A DNA stretch of 64,000 nt from the NCBI GenBank assembly GCA_963815215.1, contig CAWFFU010000008.1:1-64000 (forward strand). Reading direction: 5' to 3'. Source of the DNA: an uncultured Trueperaceae bacterium. GTDB taxonomy: Bacteria; Deinococcota; Deinococci; Deinococcales; Trueperaceae. Numbering within the stretch: the stretch's first letter is position 1; each line of letters begins with the position of its first letter. Made by a program: the position numbers and the translations under genes. A model generated the notes under the pieces. It had not been told where the DNA came from, made no database searches, and was given only the letters and a program-made list of their open reading frames with translations. Positions 49,911-60,186 of this stretch are shown piece by piece.

Positions 49911-51107
49911 TCAGCCGGCAGTCACCGCCTCGATCGCCGTCAGGAACGCCTCGACGCCCACCTCGAGCGCGCCTTCGTTGATGGCGAAGCGCGGGTGATG
50001 GTGCGGGTAGGCGACCTCGACGTCATCGGGCTTGGCGCCCACGAAGAAGAAGGTGCCCGGCTTGGCCGCCAGGTAGGCCGAGAAGTCCTCACCGCCCATG
50101 ATGCGGGGCGGCGTGAACACGCGTTCGGCCCCGAACGCTCCCTCGAAGGCACCACGCAGCGTCTCGGTAACCGCCGGGTCGTTGACCAGGGCGCGATAAC
50201 CCTTCTGGTACGCGAAGGTGTAGTCGGCGCCGTGCGCCTCGGTGAGGCCCTTGACAACGCGCTCCATCAATGCGGGCATGCGCTCGCGCAGCTCGGCGTC
50301 GAAGCTGCGCACCGTGCCTCCGAGCTCGGCGCGCTCGGGGATGACGTTGTCGGCGCTTCCGGCGTGGAAGCGGGTCACCGACACGACCAGCGGCTCGATG
50401 GGGTCGACGACGCGCGACACCAGGTGCTGAAGGTTGCTCACGATCTGCGCCCCGATAGCGACCGGGTCGACGGCGGTGTCGGGCATGGCTGCGTGCCCAC
50501 CCCGACCGATGACCGTGATGTCGAACGTGTCGGGCGCTGCCATGCCGGGCCCCGACCGGAGCAGCAACGCGCCGCTCTGGAATGGCGCCATCAGGTGCAG
50601 CCCCAGCACCGTGTCCACATCGTCGATCACGCCCTCGTCGACGAGCTGCTGCGCGCCGCCCGGGAACAGCTCCTCGGCATGCTGGAACAGGAAGCGCAGC
50701 TCGCCCGCGACCTGTTCGCGGCGCCGGCTGAGGATGCGCGCGACCCCGAGCAGGATGGCGGTGTGACCGTCGTGCCCGCAGGCATGCATCACGCCGGGAC
50801 GCTGTGAGGCGAAGGGAACCCCGCTCGCCTCCTCGATCGGGAGCGCGTCCATGTCCGCGCGCACCGCCACGCGCGGCCCAGGACGGCCGCCGCGCAACGT
50901 CGCGACCACGCTGGTGGGCGTGGGACGCGAGATCTCGAAGCCGCCGAAACCTGCGAGCGTGCGTTCCACGAAGTCCGCGGTCTCGTGCTCCTGGAACGAG
51001 AGCTCGGGGTGGCTGTGCAAGTGACGGCGCCACGCCACCACCTCGCCGGCGACCTCCGCGGCGAGGGCGTGCCAGTCGGTGGCTGCGTCGAGAGCGGGTT
51101 TCGTCAT
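49911..51107 (-). CDS. M20 amidohydrolase (aminoacylase-1-like)
   Basis: HSHPELSFQE, RADMDALP, MHACGHDGH, FQHAEE, GEDF, HHHPRF. Confidence 0.9.
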   Translation of the reverse strand: MTKPALDAATDWHALAAEVAGEVVAWRRHLHSHPELSFQEHETADFVERTLAGFGGFEISRPTPTSVVATLRGGRPGPRVAVRADMDALPIEEASGVPFASQRPGVMHACGHDGHTAILLGVARILSRRREQVAGELRFLFQHAEELFPGGAQQLVDEGVIDDVDTVLGLHLMAPFQSGALLLRSGPGMAAPDTFDITVIGRGGHAAMPDTAVDPVAIGAQIVSNLQHLVSRVVDPIEPLVVSVTRFHAGSADNVIPERAELGGTVRSFDAELRERMPALMERVVKGLTEAHGADYTFAYQKGYRALVNDPAVTETLRGAFEGAFGAERVFTPPRIMGGEDFSAYLAAKPGTFFFVGAKPDDVEVAYPHHHPRFAINEGALEVGVEAFLTAIEAVTAG

Positions 51108-51237
51108 GACGTCCTCCAGAGGGATCGGGCGGCCACAGCGATCGCTGCCCGCCCAGAGCTTGGACCAAGCTACCACCCGGCCGCAAGCGCAGCGCCCGCC
51201 CCTCGCTCCGCCACACGTTCCTCCGCCGGCCCCCGCG

Positions 51238-52026
51238 CTACAGGCAGCGCACCATGCCGCCGTCGACCAGGATCGAGCTTCCGGTCATGTACGACGCCGC
51301 GTCGCTGACCAGGAACGCGGCCACCCGGCCGAACTCGGCGGTGTCGCCGAGTCGGCCCAGCGGGATGGCGGCCACCGACGCCGCCCGCACCGCCTCCAGC
51401 GACATCCCCTCACGCCGAGCGCGAGCCTCGTCGAGCTGCACGATGCGCGGCGTGAGCACCCGCCCGGGCGACAGCGTGTTCACGCGGATGCCGTCGGCAG
51501 CGAGCTCGATCGACAGGGTCTTCACGAGCGCCTGAACCGCCGGGCGCAGCACGTTGCTGAGCGTCAGGTTGGCGATCGGCGCCTTCACGGATGAGCTTGC
51601 CAGCGCCAACACCGCCCCGCCCTGTGAACGCTTGAGATGCGGCAGCGCCGCGCGCACGCTGCGCACCACGCTCATCAGCGTGAGATCCACGGCAGCGGCC
51701 CACGACGCATCGTCCAACGTCTCGAAGGTGCCGGGAGGCGGCCCACCGGCGTTGGTCACCAGGATGTCCAACCCGCCCAGCGCGCTCCCCGCCTCCCCGA
51801 CCACCCGCTCGACCTGAGCGCCGTCGCTGACGTCCGCCTGCAGGCCCAGCACGGTGGCGCCGGTCGCGTCGGCGACCTCTCGCGCGATCTCCTCGGCGCG
51901 CGCGGCGTCGCGGCCGCACAGGGCCACCTTCGCGCCCTCGGCGGCGAGTACCCGCGCCGTCCCCAGCCCGAGCCCCGAGGTCCCTGCCAGCACCAGCGCC
52001 TTGCGTCCATGCAATCCCAGATCCAT
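51238..52026 (-). CDS. SDR-family oxidoreductase
   Basis: AGTSGLG, TNAGGPPPG, LSNVLR (atypical, no YxxxK), VDGG. Confidence 0.88.
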   Translation of the reverse strand: MDLGLHGRKALVLAGTSGLGLGTARVLAAEGAKVALCGRDAARAEEIAREVADATGATVLGLQADVSDGAQVERVVGEAGSALGGLDILVTNAGGPPPGTFETLDDASWAAAVDLTLMSVVRSVRAALPHLKRSQGGAVLALASSSVKAPIANLTLSNVLRPAVQALVKTLSIELAADGIRVNTLSPGRVLTPRIVQLDEARARREGMSLEAVRAASVAAIPLGRLGDTAEFGRVAAFLVSDAASYMTGSSILVDGGMVRCL

Positions 52027-52036
52027 GTCGTGCCTC

Positions 52037-52075
52037 CGTCTCGTGTGCGTTGCGTCTCGTGTGCGTTGCGTCTCG
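52037..52075. repeat. 16-bp intergenic tandem repeat (2.4 copies)
   Basis: CGTCTCGTGTGCGTTG x2 plus CGTCTCG. Confidence 0.88.
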
Positions 52076-52085
52076 GTCGGTCGTG

Positions 52086-53336
52086 CTACAGCTCGGCGTC
52101 GAGCCGTTCGAGGGCGTCGAGCAGGACCGCTGCACCGGCGGCGACGTCGCCGGCGGCGGCCTGTTCGTCGGGATGGTGGCTCAGGCCGTCGACACAGGGG
52201 ATGAAGATCATCCCTACCGGGCACACCTGCGCCACTTGCATGGCGTCGTGCCCCGCGCCGCTCGACAGCCGCCGGTGGCCGAGCCCGCGAGCGTCGCAGG
52301 CGGCCTCCAGTGCCGCCACCAGGCGGGAGTCGCTGCGTACGGCGGGTGCCGCGTCGACGACGGCGGCCTCGAGCTCGAGCCCCAACGCCTCGGCGCGTTC
52401 CCGGGCACGGCGGCGCGTTTCGTCGAGGAAGCCCGCCACCTCGGTCTCGTCGAGCGAGCGCGCCTCCAGCACCAGTCTGACCTCACCGGGGACGACGTTC
52501 GCTCCGTTCGGGAACACCTCCAGCCGACCGACGGTCGCGACCAGCCCGCTCGCCGCCCCCGTCGCCCGCGCGCGTTCCCACACGTCTTGCACCAACGCCG
52601 CGGCGCCGACCAGCGCATCGCGCCGCAGCGCCATCGGGGTGGTGCCGGCGTGGCCCGCCTTGCCCCGCAACGTAACGTCCATCCGCTGGATCGCCACGAT
52701 CCCCTCCACCACGCCGATCGGAAGACCCTCGCGCTCCAGCACGGGTCCCTGTTCGATGTGCAACTCCAGGAAGGCCGCCAGCCGCCCGGCGTCGGGCAGC
52801 GGCGCGTCCAGCGCCGCCGGGTCGCCGCCCATGCGGGCCAGCGCCGCCGCCAGCGACTCGCCGTCCGGCCCGACGCCGGCGAGCAGGGCCGGCGTCAGGG
52901 TGCCGGCCAACGCACCGCTGCCGACGCAGGCGGCGCCGTAGTCGCTGGGCTCCTCGGAGAGGAAGTCGTACACGAACAGCGGATGCTCGAGTTCGACCCC
53001 GCTCTCGTGCAGCACTTGTGCCGCCTCCAGCGCCGCCACCACGCCGGCGACGCCGTCGAAGCGGCCGCCGCCGACCACCGTGTCGATGTGCGAGCCAGCC
53101 GCCAGGGCGCGGGCGCCCGACCGGCGCCCCGCCCGCCGGCCCACCAGGTTGCCTCCGGCGTCCAGCGCAGGCTCGAGCCCGGCGCTTCGGAACTCTTCGG
53201 CGAGCCACGCCCGGGCCTGCCGGTAGAGGTCGGTGAAGGCGCGGCGAGTGTAGGGCCGCTCGGCTTCCGTGAACGTTGCCAACCGGTCGATGCGGCGCCG
53301 GATGCGGGCCTCGTCGACCACCGGACGAGCGCTCAC
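52086..53336 (-). CDS. Zn-dependent hydrolase, allantoate amidohydrolase / N-carbamoylase family
   Basis: GSHIDTV..GRFDG, SEE, FLELHIEQG, GHAGTTPM, SGAGHDA, SHHPDE. Confidence 0.9.
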   Translation of the reverse strand: MSARPVVDEARIRRRIDRLATFTEAERPYTRRAFTDLYRQARAWLAEEFRSAGLEPALDAGGNLVGRRAGRRSGARALAAGSHIDTVVGGGRFDGVAGVVAALEAAQVLHESGVELEHPLFVYDFLSEEPSDYGAACVGSGALAGTLTPALLAGVGPDGESLAAALARMGGDPAALDAPLPDAGRLAAFLELHIEQGPVLEREGLPIGVVEGIVAIQRMDVTLRGKAGHAGTTPMALRRDALVGAAALVQDVWERARATGAASGLVATVGRLEVFPNGANVVPGEVRLVLEARSLDETEVAGFLDETRRRARERAEALGLELEAAVVDAAPAVRSDSRLVAALEAACDARGLGHRRLSSGAGHDAMQVAQVCPVGMIFIPCVDGLSHHPDEQAAAGDVAAGAAVLLDALERLDAEL

Positions 53337-54238
53337 GCCGGCTCGTGCGCGCCGGGTTCGAGCCGTAGTCCGACGCGCGTGACGATGCTCTCGAGCTCGT
53401 CGCGGCTGACGTCGTCCAGCGCCATGCCGGGCGGGCGGATGAACTCCGAGGTGAACACCCCGCGCCTGCGGTAGATGTGCTTGCGGAACGCCAGCCCGAT
53501 CTTGGGCTGGAACTCGTAGCGGATGAGCGGCATGTAGTGATCGAAGGTGCGGGCCGCGCCCGGCACGTCCCCAGCACGGAACTGCCGGTAGATCCTCACC
53601 AGCACCTCGGGGAACGCGAAGCCGGTCATGATGCCCACCGCGCCGCGCTGCAACTCCTCCAGGAAGTACTCGCCGCCGAGCCCGCCGAACACCCCGATGC
53701 GCCCCTCGGTCAGCTCCCGGATGCGGCTCAGCTTGGTCAGCACCGGCGGGTCCTCCAGCTTGATGTACGGCGCGAACCCGTCGTTCGCCAGGCGCGCCAC
53801 CAGCTCCGGTGACAGGCTGATGCCGAACGACGCCGGGTAGTCGTGCAAGATGACCGGCACCTCGATCGCTTGCGCGACGGCGCGGTAGTGCTGGTACAGC
53901 GCGGCGTCGGATTGCGGCGCGATGGGCGCCACGAACACCGCGCTGGCGCCCAGCTCCTGCGCGGCGCGCGCCTGCTCCACCGCGCCCGCCGTGCCCAGCG
54001 CGCGCACCCCCACCCACACCGGGATCTTGCCCGCGGCGCGCGCCACCACCGTCTGGACGACGGTGCGGCGCTCGGCTTCCGCCAGCTTGTGCGCCTCACC
54101 CAGGAACCCCAGGATCGCCACGCCGTCCACCCCGGCCTCGAGCTGGAAGTCGATGAGCCGCTCCAGGCTCGCCACATCCAGCGCACCGCCATCCGTGAAC
54201 GGCGTCGGCAAGATCGGATTCACACCATGCAGGTCCAT
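53333..54238 (-). CDS. Dihydrodipicolinate synthase (DapA/NAL) family protein
   Basis: PTPF, LGFLGE, HDYP, YIKLED; AGGAGG RBS. Confidence 0.85.
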   Translation of the reverse strand: MDLHGVNPILPTPFTDGGALDVASLERLIDFQLEAGVDGVAILGFLGEAHKLAEAERRTVVQTVVARAAGKIPVWVGVRALGTAGAVEQARAAQELGASAVFVAPIAPQSDAALYQHYRAVAQAIEVPVILHDYPASFGISLSPELVARLANDGFAPYIKLEDPPVLTKLSRIRELTEGRIGVFGGLGGEYFLEELQRGAVGIMTGFAFPEVLVRIYRQFRAGDVPGAARTFDHYMPLIRYEFQPKIGLAFRKHIYRRRGVFTSEFIRPPGMALDDVSRDELESIVTRVGLRLEPGAHEPA

Positions 54239-54488
54239 CGTCGCCTCCTTGGCGGTGGGGCCACAGTCGTGCCACAGCTGCGCAGCGGTGCCGCCGCTGG
54301 GCCGTCGCGCTGCGATCGCAGCGCGACCGAAGCGCAGCGGCAACGCTCGGGCGGTCCCGGGAGCCGCTCGAACCAGCGGCTCCCACAGGATGAACCACGC
54401 GCGCGGCCGCCGCAGCGCCGCGCGGGAGTTGTACCGTGCCGGACCGAGCGTCACCCGACAGCGGCCGCCGCCGGCCTAGGCCCCACGC

Positions 54489-55790
54489 TCAGGTCACGGA
54501 CGAGCGGGCGTCGTCGTAGGCATGGTGGCGGCCCTCCTCGACGATCCCCACCAACCGGTCGACGGAGTCCCAGACGTCGACGAACCGGGTATACAGCGGC
54601 GCCAGGCCGAAGCGGATGGTGTCGGGCTCACGGAAATCGGGCACCACGTCGGCATCGATGAGGGCGCGGTTGATGCGGTAGCCGTCGGGGTGGCGCAGGC
54701 TCACGTGCGAGCCGCGCCGCGCCGGATCGCGCGGTGTTCCCAGCGTGAACCCCAGCGGCACCAGGCGAGTATCGACCAGCTCCACCAGGAGGCGGGTCAG
54801 CGCCTCGGACTTGGCGCGTACGGCGCCCACCCCGGCCTGCTCCAGCGGCTCCAGACCGGACTCGATCGCCAGCAGCGACAGCACCGGCGGCGTTCCGACC
54901 AGGAAGCGGTCGATGCCGTCGGCGGGCTCGTACGCGAGATCGAACCCGAACGGCGTCTTGCGCCCGAACCAACCCTCGACCGGCGAGCGCAGCCGCTCCT
55001 GGAGTCCCCGACCGACGTAGAGGAAGGCGGGAGCTCCCGGTCCGCCGTTGAGGTACTTGTAGGTGCACCCCACCGCCAGCTCGACGCCCCAGGCGTCGAG
55101 CTCGATGGGCACCACGCCCGCCGAGTGGCTGAGGTCCCACAGCGTCCATGCGCCGACCGCGCGCGCCCGCGCCACCACGGCCTCGACATCGTGCAGATAG
55201 CCGCTCTTGAAGGCGACGTGCGACAGCACCACCAGAGCCGTGCCCTCGTCGATAGCGGCCGTCAACGCCTCCAGATCCGGCTCCACGCCGTCGGCGCCGG
55301 CCGGCACGACCTCGAGGGCGGCCCCGTGGTGCGCGCCGCGCACCACGCTCTGCAGGGTGTAGAGGTCCGACGGGAAGTTCATCGCGTCCGACACCAGCTT
55401 GGGGCGCTGCGGCCGGGCGCCCAACGCGGCACCCGCCAGCTTGAAGAGGTTGACCGTGGTGCTGTCGCTCACCACCACCTGGCCGGCGGCGGCGCCGATC
55501 AGCGGAGCCAGGCGCTCCCCGATGCGGCGGGGCGCCTCGATCCAGCCGCGCCCCCAGCTCTCGACGAGATGGCGGCCCCAGTCCTGCTCCACCGCCGCCG
55601 CCAGGCGCTCCCGGGTGCGCCGGGGGAGGCGGCCCAGGGAGTTGCCGTCGAGGTAGATCCGCGGCGCGTCGTCGATCACGAACGCCTGACGGTAGGACGC
55701 GAGGGGGTCCTCGCGGTCGAGCTGCTCGGCGCGGCCCCGCGGTGGAGGTTCGCCTACAGGGGCCTCGGCGTGTCGTGGATCGGCGTCCAT
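54489..55790 (-). CDS. kynU: Kynureninase
   Basis: IYLDGNSLG, DSTTVNLFK, NFPSDLY, WDLSHSAG, GCTYKYLNGGPG, RGSHVS, DFREP. Confidence 0.92.
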   Translation of the reverse strand: MDADPRHAEAPVGEPPPRGRAEQLDREDPLASYRQAFVIDDAPRIYLDGNSLGRLPRRTRERLAAAVEQDWGRHLVESWGRGWIEAPRRIGERLAPLIGAAAGQVVVSDSTTVNLFKLAGAALGARPQRPKLVSDAMNFPSDLYTLQSVVRGAHHGAALEVVPAGADGVEPDLEALTAAIDEGTALVVLSHVAFKSGYLHDVEAVVARARAVGAWTLWDLSHSAGVVPIELDAWGVELAVGCTYKYLNGGPGAPAFLYVGRGLQERLRSPVEGWFGRKTPFGFDLAYEPADGIDRFLVGTPPVLSLLAIESGLEPLEQAGVGAVRAKSEALTRLLVELVDTRLVPLGFTLGTPRDPARRGSHVSLRHPDGYRINRALIDADVVPDFREPDTIRFGLAPLYTRFVDVWDSVDRLVGIVEEGRHHAYDDARSSVT

Positions 55791-55935
55791 GCCCGCCATC
55801 GTACGTGCGCCCGAGGCCCGCCGGCCCGAGACCACACGTCCGCCCGCGCAAGCCGTGCATCCCACCTGCACATCTCGCCAACATGGCGGCCTTAGCATCG
55901 GGGTGGAAGTCGCCCACTTCGGGCCGGTGCCGATC

Positions 55936-56622
55936 ATGACCAAGACGGTCCTCATCGTCGACGACAAGCTGAGCCTCACGCGACTGCTCCAGGAGTACCT
56001 GGGCAAGCAGGGTTACCGTACGGTCGTCGCAGACAACGGCCGCAACGCTCTGTTCACGGCACGCCACGCCAAACCCGATCTCATCCTCCTGGACGTGATG
56101 ATGCCGGAGATGGACGGGCTCGAGTTCATCCGCACCTACCGCCGCGAGTCCGACACCCCGATCATCCTCCTCACGGCGCGGGTCGAAGAGGCCGACAAGG
56201 TGGCCGGGCTGGAGCTCGGCGCCGACGACTACGTCACCAAGCCGTTCGGCATGGCCGAGCTCAACGCCCGCGTGCGCGCCGTGTTGCGGCGCTACGAGCA
56301 GCGGGAACGGACCGAGGAGCGCCTTCTGGTCGGCGCGGTCGAGCTCGACCGCGTCCGGCACACGGTTCGCGTGGACGGGAACTCGGTCGACCTGACCCCC
56401 TCGGAGTTCGACCTGCTCGCCACCATGATGGCGGCGCCGGGCAGGGTCTTCAGCCGCACCGACCTGATCGAGCACCTGCCCGGCGAGAGCCCGGAGCGGG
56501 TGGAGCGCACCATCGACGCCCACGTCCGCAACCTGCGTAAGAAGCTGGAGCGCGACCCCCGGAAGCCGCGCTACGTGGAGACCGTCTTCGGCGTCGGCTA
56601 CCGTTTCAGGCCCGAGGCCTAG
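55936..56622 (+). CDS. OmpR-family response regulator
   Basis: LDVMMP, GADDYVTKPF, IDAHVRNLRKKL, TVFGVGY. Confidence 0.93.
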   Translation: MTKTVLIVDDKLSLTRLLQEYLGKQGYRTVVADNGRNALFTARHAKPDLILLDVMMPEMDGLEFIRTYRRESDTPIILLTARVEEADKVAGLELGADDYVTKPFGMAELNARVRAVLRRYEQRERTEERLLVGAVELDRVRHTVRVDGNSVDLTPSEFDLLATMMAAPGRVFSRTDLIEHLPGESPERVERTIDAHVRNLRKKLERDPRKPRYVETVFGVGYRFRPEA

Positions 56623-56625
56623 AGC

Positions 56626-58197
56626 GTGCGGTCGATCCGCACCAAGCTGACGCTCATCATCATCGCCACCAGCGTGCTGGCGGTGGCGTTGGTGGGCGTC
56701 AGCGCGCGCTGGATCACCCACACCCAGTTCAACAACTTCCGTCTGGAGCAGACGCGCAGCGCCTTCATCGACGCCGCGACCGCTTACTACCAGGACCACG
56801 GCAACTGGGTGGGCGCCGAGACGGCCCTGCAGCGCGAGGTCGACCGCATCCTAGGAGTGCCCGGCGGCGACCGCTCGCGCCCCGACGCAGCACCGAAGGA
56901 CGCGGCGCCCGCCGGGTCGACCTCGACCGGGAGCCCCGCCGCCCCGGCAGCTCCGCCGGCTCGGCCGGGCACCCCGAGCGGCGCCGACTCTGAAGGCCTG
57001 CGGCCGTTGACGCCGGCCAACGGCGCGGCCGGATTTGGGCCCGCCGATGGCGCCATTGAGAGATTCGAACGCCACAACCCCTTCGCCCTGGCCAACCCGA
57101 AAGGAGTGGTCGTCATCGGCAGCCTGCGCTGGCACCTGGGCGCGACCCTTCCCGGCCGCGTGCTCCTCCGCGGCACGCCGGTGATGCTCGACGGGCAACG
57201 GATCGGTACGGTGACCTACAGCGCACCGCCTGAGCTGCGCACGTTGGAGCGCATCTACCTGCGTCGTACCGGTCAGGCGATCTTCTACGCCGCCATCGCC
57301 GCGGCGGCGCTGGCCCTGCTGATCGGCGTGCTCGCCACCCGGCTGCTGACGCGCCCGATCCGCGACCTCACCAGCGCCATCGGCAAGATGCGCGGCGGCG
57401 CGCTGGAGCAGTCGGTGCCGATCCGCTCGCAGGACGAGTTCGGCGAGATGGCGCAGGCCTTCAACGACATGAGCGCCGACGTGGCGCGCGGTCAGCGCCT
57501 GCGCGAACAGATGACGGCGGACATCGCGCACGACCTGCGGACGCCGCTATCGGTGCTGACGGGCTACCTGGAAGGCATCCGCGAGGGTGTCCTCGACGCC
57601 ACCCCCGCCACCATCGACACCATGTACGCCGAGGCAGTGCAGCTCCAGCACCTGGTCGAGGACCTGCGCACGTTGTCGATGGCGGACGCCGGGCGGCTGC
57701 GGTTGCAGTGCGAGACGATGGGCGCCGCCGAGCTGCTGCAGGGGACTCGTCAGGCGTTCCTGCCGCTGGCCGAGCAAGCGGGCGTCGCCCTCGAGATCGA
57801 GCTCGGCGACCCCCCTCCGGACCTGGATGTCGATCCCAGCCGCATGCGGCAGGTCCTTGCCAATCTGGTCAGCAACGCCCTGCAGCACACCTCCACCGGC
57901 GGTCACGTGAAGCTGAGCGCGCACCGGCAGGGCGGCCACGCCGTCCTGAGCGTGGCGGACGACGGCGCCGGTATCCCCGCCGATGCCTTGCCCCACATCT
58001 TCGAGCGCTTCTACCGGGTGGACGCCTCGCGCTCCGAGGGCGGCTCGGGCTCCGGCCTAGGACTGCCCATCGCGCGCTCGCTGGTGGAGGCGCACGGAGG
58101 CACCATCACCGCCGAGAGCGAGGCGGGCCGCGGCAGCACCATCACCGTGCGGCTGCCCGTCACCCCCTCCACGCCACCGTCGACCGCGCCCTTCTAG
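56626..58197 (+). CDS. HAMP sensor histidine kinase (BaeS-like)
   Basis: Two TMs, HAMP, AHDLRTPL, NLVSNAL, DDGAGI, GSGLGL. Confidence 0.93.
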   Translation: MRSIRTKLTLIIIATSVLAVALVGVSARWITHTQFNNFRLEQTRSAFIDAATAYYQDHGNWVGAETALQREVDRILGVPGGDRSRPDAAPKDAAPAGSTSTGSPAAPAAPPARPGTPSGADSEGLRPLTPANGAAGFGPADGAIERFERHNPFALANPKGVVVIGSLRWHLGATLPGRVLLRGTPVMLDGQRIGTVTYSAPPELRTLERIYLRRTGQAIFYAAIAAAALALLIGVLATRLLTRPIRDLTSAIGKMRGGALEQSVPIRSQDEFGEMAQAFNDMSADVARGQRLREQMTADIAHDLRTPLSVLTGYLEGIREGVLDATPATIDTMYAEAVQLQHLVEDLRTLSMADAGRLRLQCETMGAAELLQGTRQAFLPLAEQAGVALEIELGDPPPDLDVDPSRMRQVLANLVSNALQHTSTGGHVKLSAHRQGGHAVLSVADDGAGIPADALPHIFERFYRVDASRSEGGSGSGLGLPIARSLVEAHGGTITAESEAGRGSTITVRLPVTPSTPPSTAPF

Positions 58198-58247
58198 GCT
58201 CCCCCTTGGCAGGCGCGCCGCGAGCGGCCCGGCCACGGCGCCGTCGC

Positions 58248-59030
58248 TCAGCGGATGACGCGGCGCTGCATGCGCCACACCGCGAACACGCCCAGGGCCG
58301 TGCCCACCACCAACAGGTAGCCGACGTCGTACCCGAGCCCCTGCCAGTGGCCGTTGATGATGCCGCGCAGCAGCCGCACCGCCCGGTACAGCGGCGTCGC
58401 CTGAGCCACCCACACCAGCGAGGCGGGGAAGCGCTCCTGCACCGGGAAGAAGATCCCGGAGAACAGGAACGACGGCGTGATGAACAGCGTGAAGAAGTAG
58501 GAGAACACGTCGATGATGTGGATGACCGAGGTGAAGGCCAGGCCGATGGCGCTGAAGCAGTAACCGACCAGCGCGATGGCGGGCACGGCCAGCAGCAGCC
58601 GCCAGGTCAGCGGCGTGTCGAAGAACAGGGTGATCAACAGGAAGATGCCGCCGTAGATGACGGATCGGGTGACCGCCCACCACCACTCCCCTACCGCCAC
58701 GTCCTCCATGTTGACGCGGGTGGTCACCATGGCGTCGTAGAGCTTGCCGAAGTGCAACTTGACGAACACGTTGTAGGTGGTCTCGAAGGCGGCGCCGTTC
58801 ATGGCCGAAGCCGCCACCAGCCCGGGAGCGATGTAGCTCAGGTAGTCCTGGCCGAACTGCCCGCCGCTGCTGACGTAGTAGCCCAGGCCGACGCCGAGGC
58901 CGAGCAGGTAGAACAGCGGCTCGAAGAAGTTCGGCAGCAACCCGTAGTACCAGCGGTCGCGGTACACCCACAGGTTGCGCTGCCACACCCGGCCCGCGCT
59001 CCTGAGATCGATCACTCGGCTTCGTCCCAT
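58248..59030 (-). CDS. ABC-2 permease (NodJ-like)
   Basis: EPLFYLLGLG, YIAPG, FSGIFFP. Confidence 0.88.
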   Translation of the reverse strand: MGRSRVIDLRSAGRVWQRNLWVYRDRWYYGLLPNFFEPLFYLLGLGVGLGYYVSSGGQFGQDYLSYIAPGLVAASAMNGAAFETTYNVFVKLHFGKLYDAMVTTRVNMEDVAVGEWWWAVTRSVIYGGIFLLITLFFDTPLTWRLLLAVPAIALVGYCFSAIGLAFTSVIHIIDVFSYFFTLFITPSFLFSGIFFPVQERFPASLVWVAQATPLYRAVRLLRGIINGHWQGLGYDVGYLLVVGTALGVFAVWRMQRRVIR

Positions 59031-59034
59031 GCCC

Positions 59035-59967
59035 TCACTCCCTGAGCGCCCGTCCGGTGAGCTTGAGGAAGACGTCCTCCAGGTTGGCCGGCCGCACGAA
59101 GGCGCGCTCGAGCCGCCACCCCTGCCCGCGAAGGCTCGCCAACGCCGCGTCGGCGTCGTCGACGAAGACGCTCACCCGGTCGCCGCTACGTACCGCGTCG
59201 AGCCCCAGTTTGCCGGCGGCGTCCTCGAGCCGGTGTCCCTCCCCGGCCTCGGCGCGCGCCTCGATGACCAGCGGCGGCAGGTGGTCGCGGATCAACGCCT
59301 GCGGGGCGCCCGAGGCGATGATGCTGCCGTGATCCATGATCACCAGCCGGTCACACAGCCGCTCGGCCTCATCCATGTAGTGGGTGCTCATCATGAGCGT
59401 CTTGCCCTGCGTGCGTAGCTCCTCGAGCTTGTTCCATAGGTTGAGGCGCACCTGCGGGTCGAGACCGGTGGTGGGCTCGTCGAGCACCACGATCTCCGGG
59501 TCGTTCATCAGCCCGCGCGCCAGCGTCAAGCGCCGCTTCATGCCCCCCGACAGCTCGTCGACCATGACGTTGCGCTTCTCGACCAGGTCGGCGAAGACGA
59601 GCAGCTCTTCGGCACGCTGCCGGGCGCGGGCGCCGGCGATGCCGTTGAACCGCGCGTAGATCAACAGGTTGTCCATCACACGGAGCTCGGTGTCGAGGTT
59701 GTCCATCTGCGGCACCACGCCGAGACGCTGCTTGATGGCGCGGGCGCGCTCGCCCGCCGGCATGCCCAGCACCCGCAACGTGCCCGACGTGCTGGGTGTG
59801 ACCTGATAGATCATCCGCATCAGCGTGGACTTGCCGGCGCCGTTGGGCCCGAGCATGCCGAAGAACTCGCCGCGGCGGACCTCGAAGCTCACGCCCTCAA
59901 CGGCATGTACGTCTCCGTATCGTTTGACCAGCGAGGCGACCTCGACGACGGCTTCGGTTGACGACAT
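59035..59967 (-). CDS. ABC ATP-binding protein (NodI-like)
   Basis: GPNGAGKST, VPQMDNLD, LSGGMKRR, LDEPTTG; GGAGGAG RBS. Confidence 0.9.
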   Translation of the reverse strand: MSSTEAVVEVASLVKRYGDVHAVEGVSFEVRRGEFFGMLGPNGAGKSTLMRMIYQVTPSTSGTLRVLGMPAGERARAIKQRLGVVPQMDNLDTELRVMDNLLIYARFNGIAGARARQRAEELLVFADLVEKRNVMVDELSGGMKRRLTLARGLMNDPEIVVLDEPTTGLDPQVRLNLWNKLEELRTQGKTLMMSTHYMDEAERLCDRLVIMDHGSIIASGAPQALIRDHLPPLVIEARAEAGEGHRLEDAAGKLGLDAVRSGDRVSVFVDDADAALASLRGQGWRLERAFVRPANLEDVFLKLTGRALRE

Positions 59968-60186
59968 GCTCCTCCACGGGCGGTTGCGAGCGGTCCGCGC
60001 CATTCTAACGAGGTGGCGCCGCCGGCCGGCGCGGAACGGCTACCTTACCAGCGCGGTCGGGGTCCGTGCGGTGGCTGCGCTTGACAGCCCACCGACCCTC
60101 CCCCATGCTTGAAGTCCCTCGACACGCCGGAAACGCTTGCCTCGACGACCTGGGTCCCGGACCTCGTGCATCTCAGGAAGGGGAGG

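Noticed and set aside
58248..59967. NodI/NodJ-like pair as a nodulation system
   Set aside because: Common ABC-2 exporter; no nodABC present
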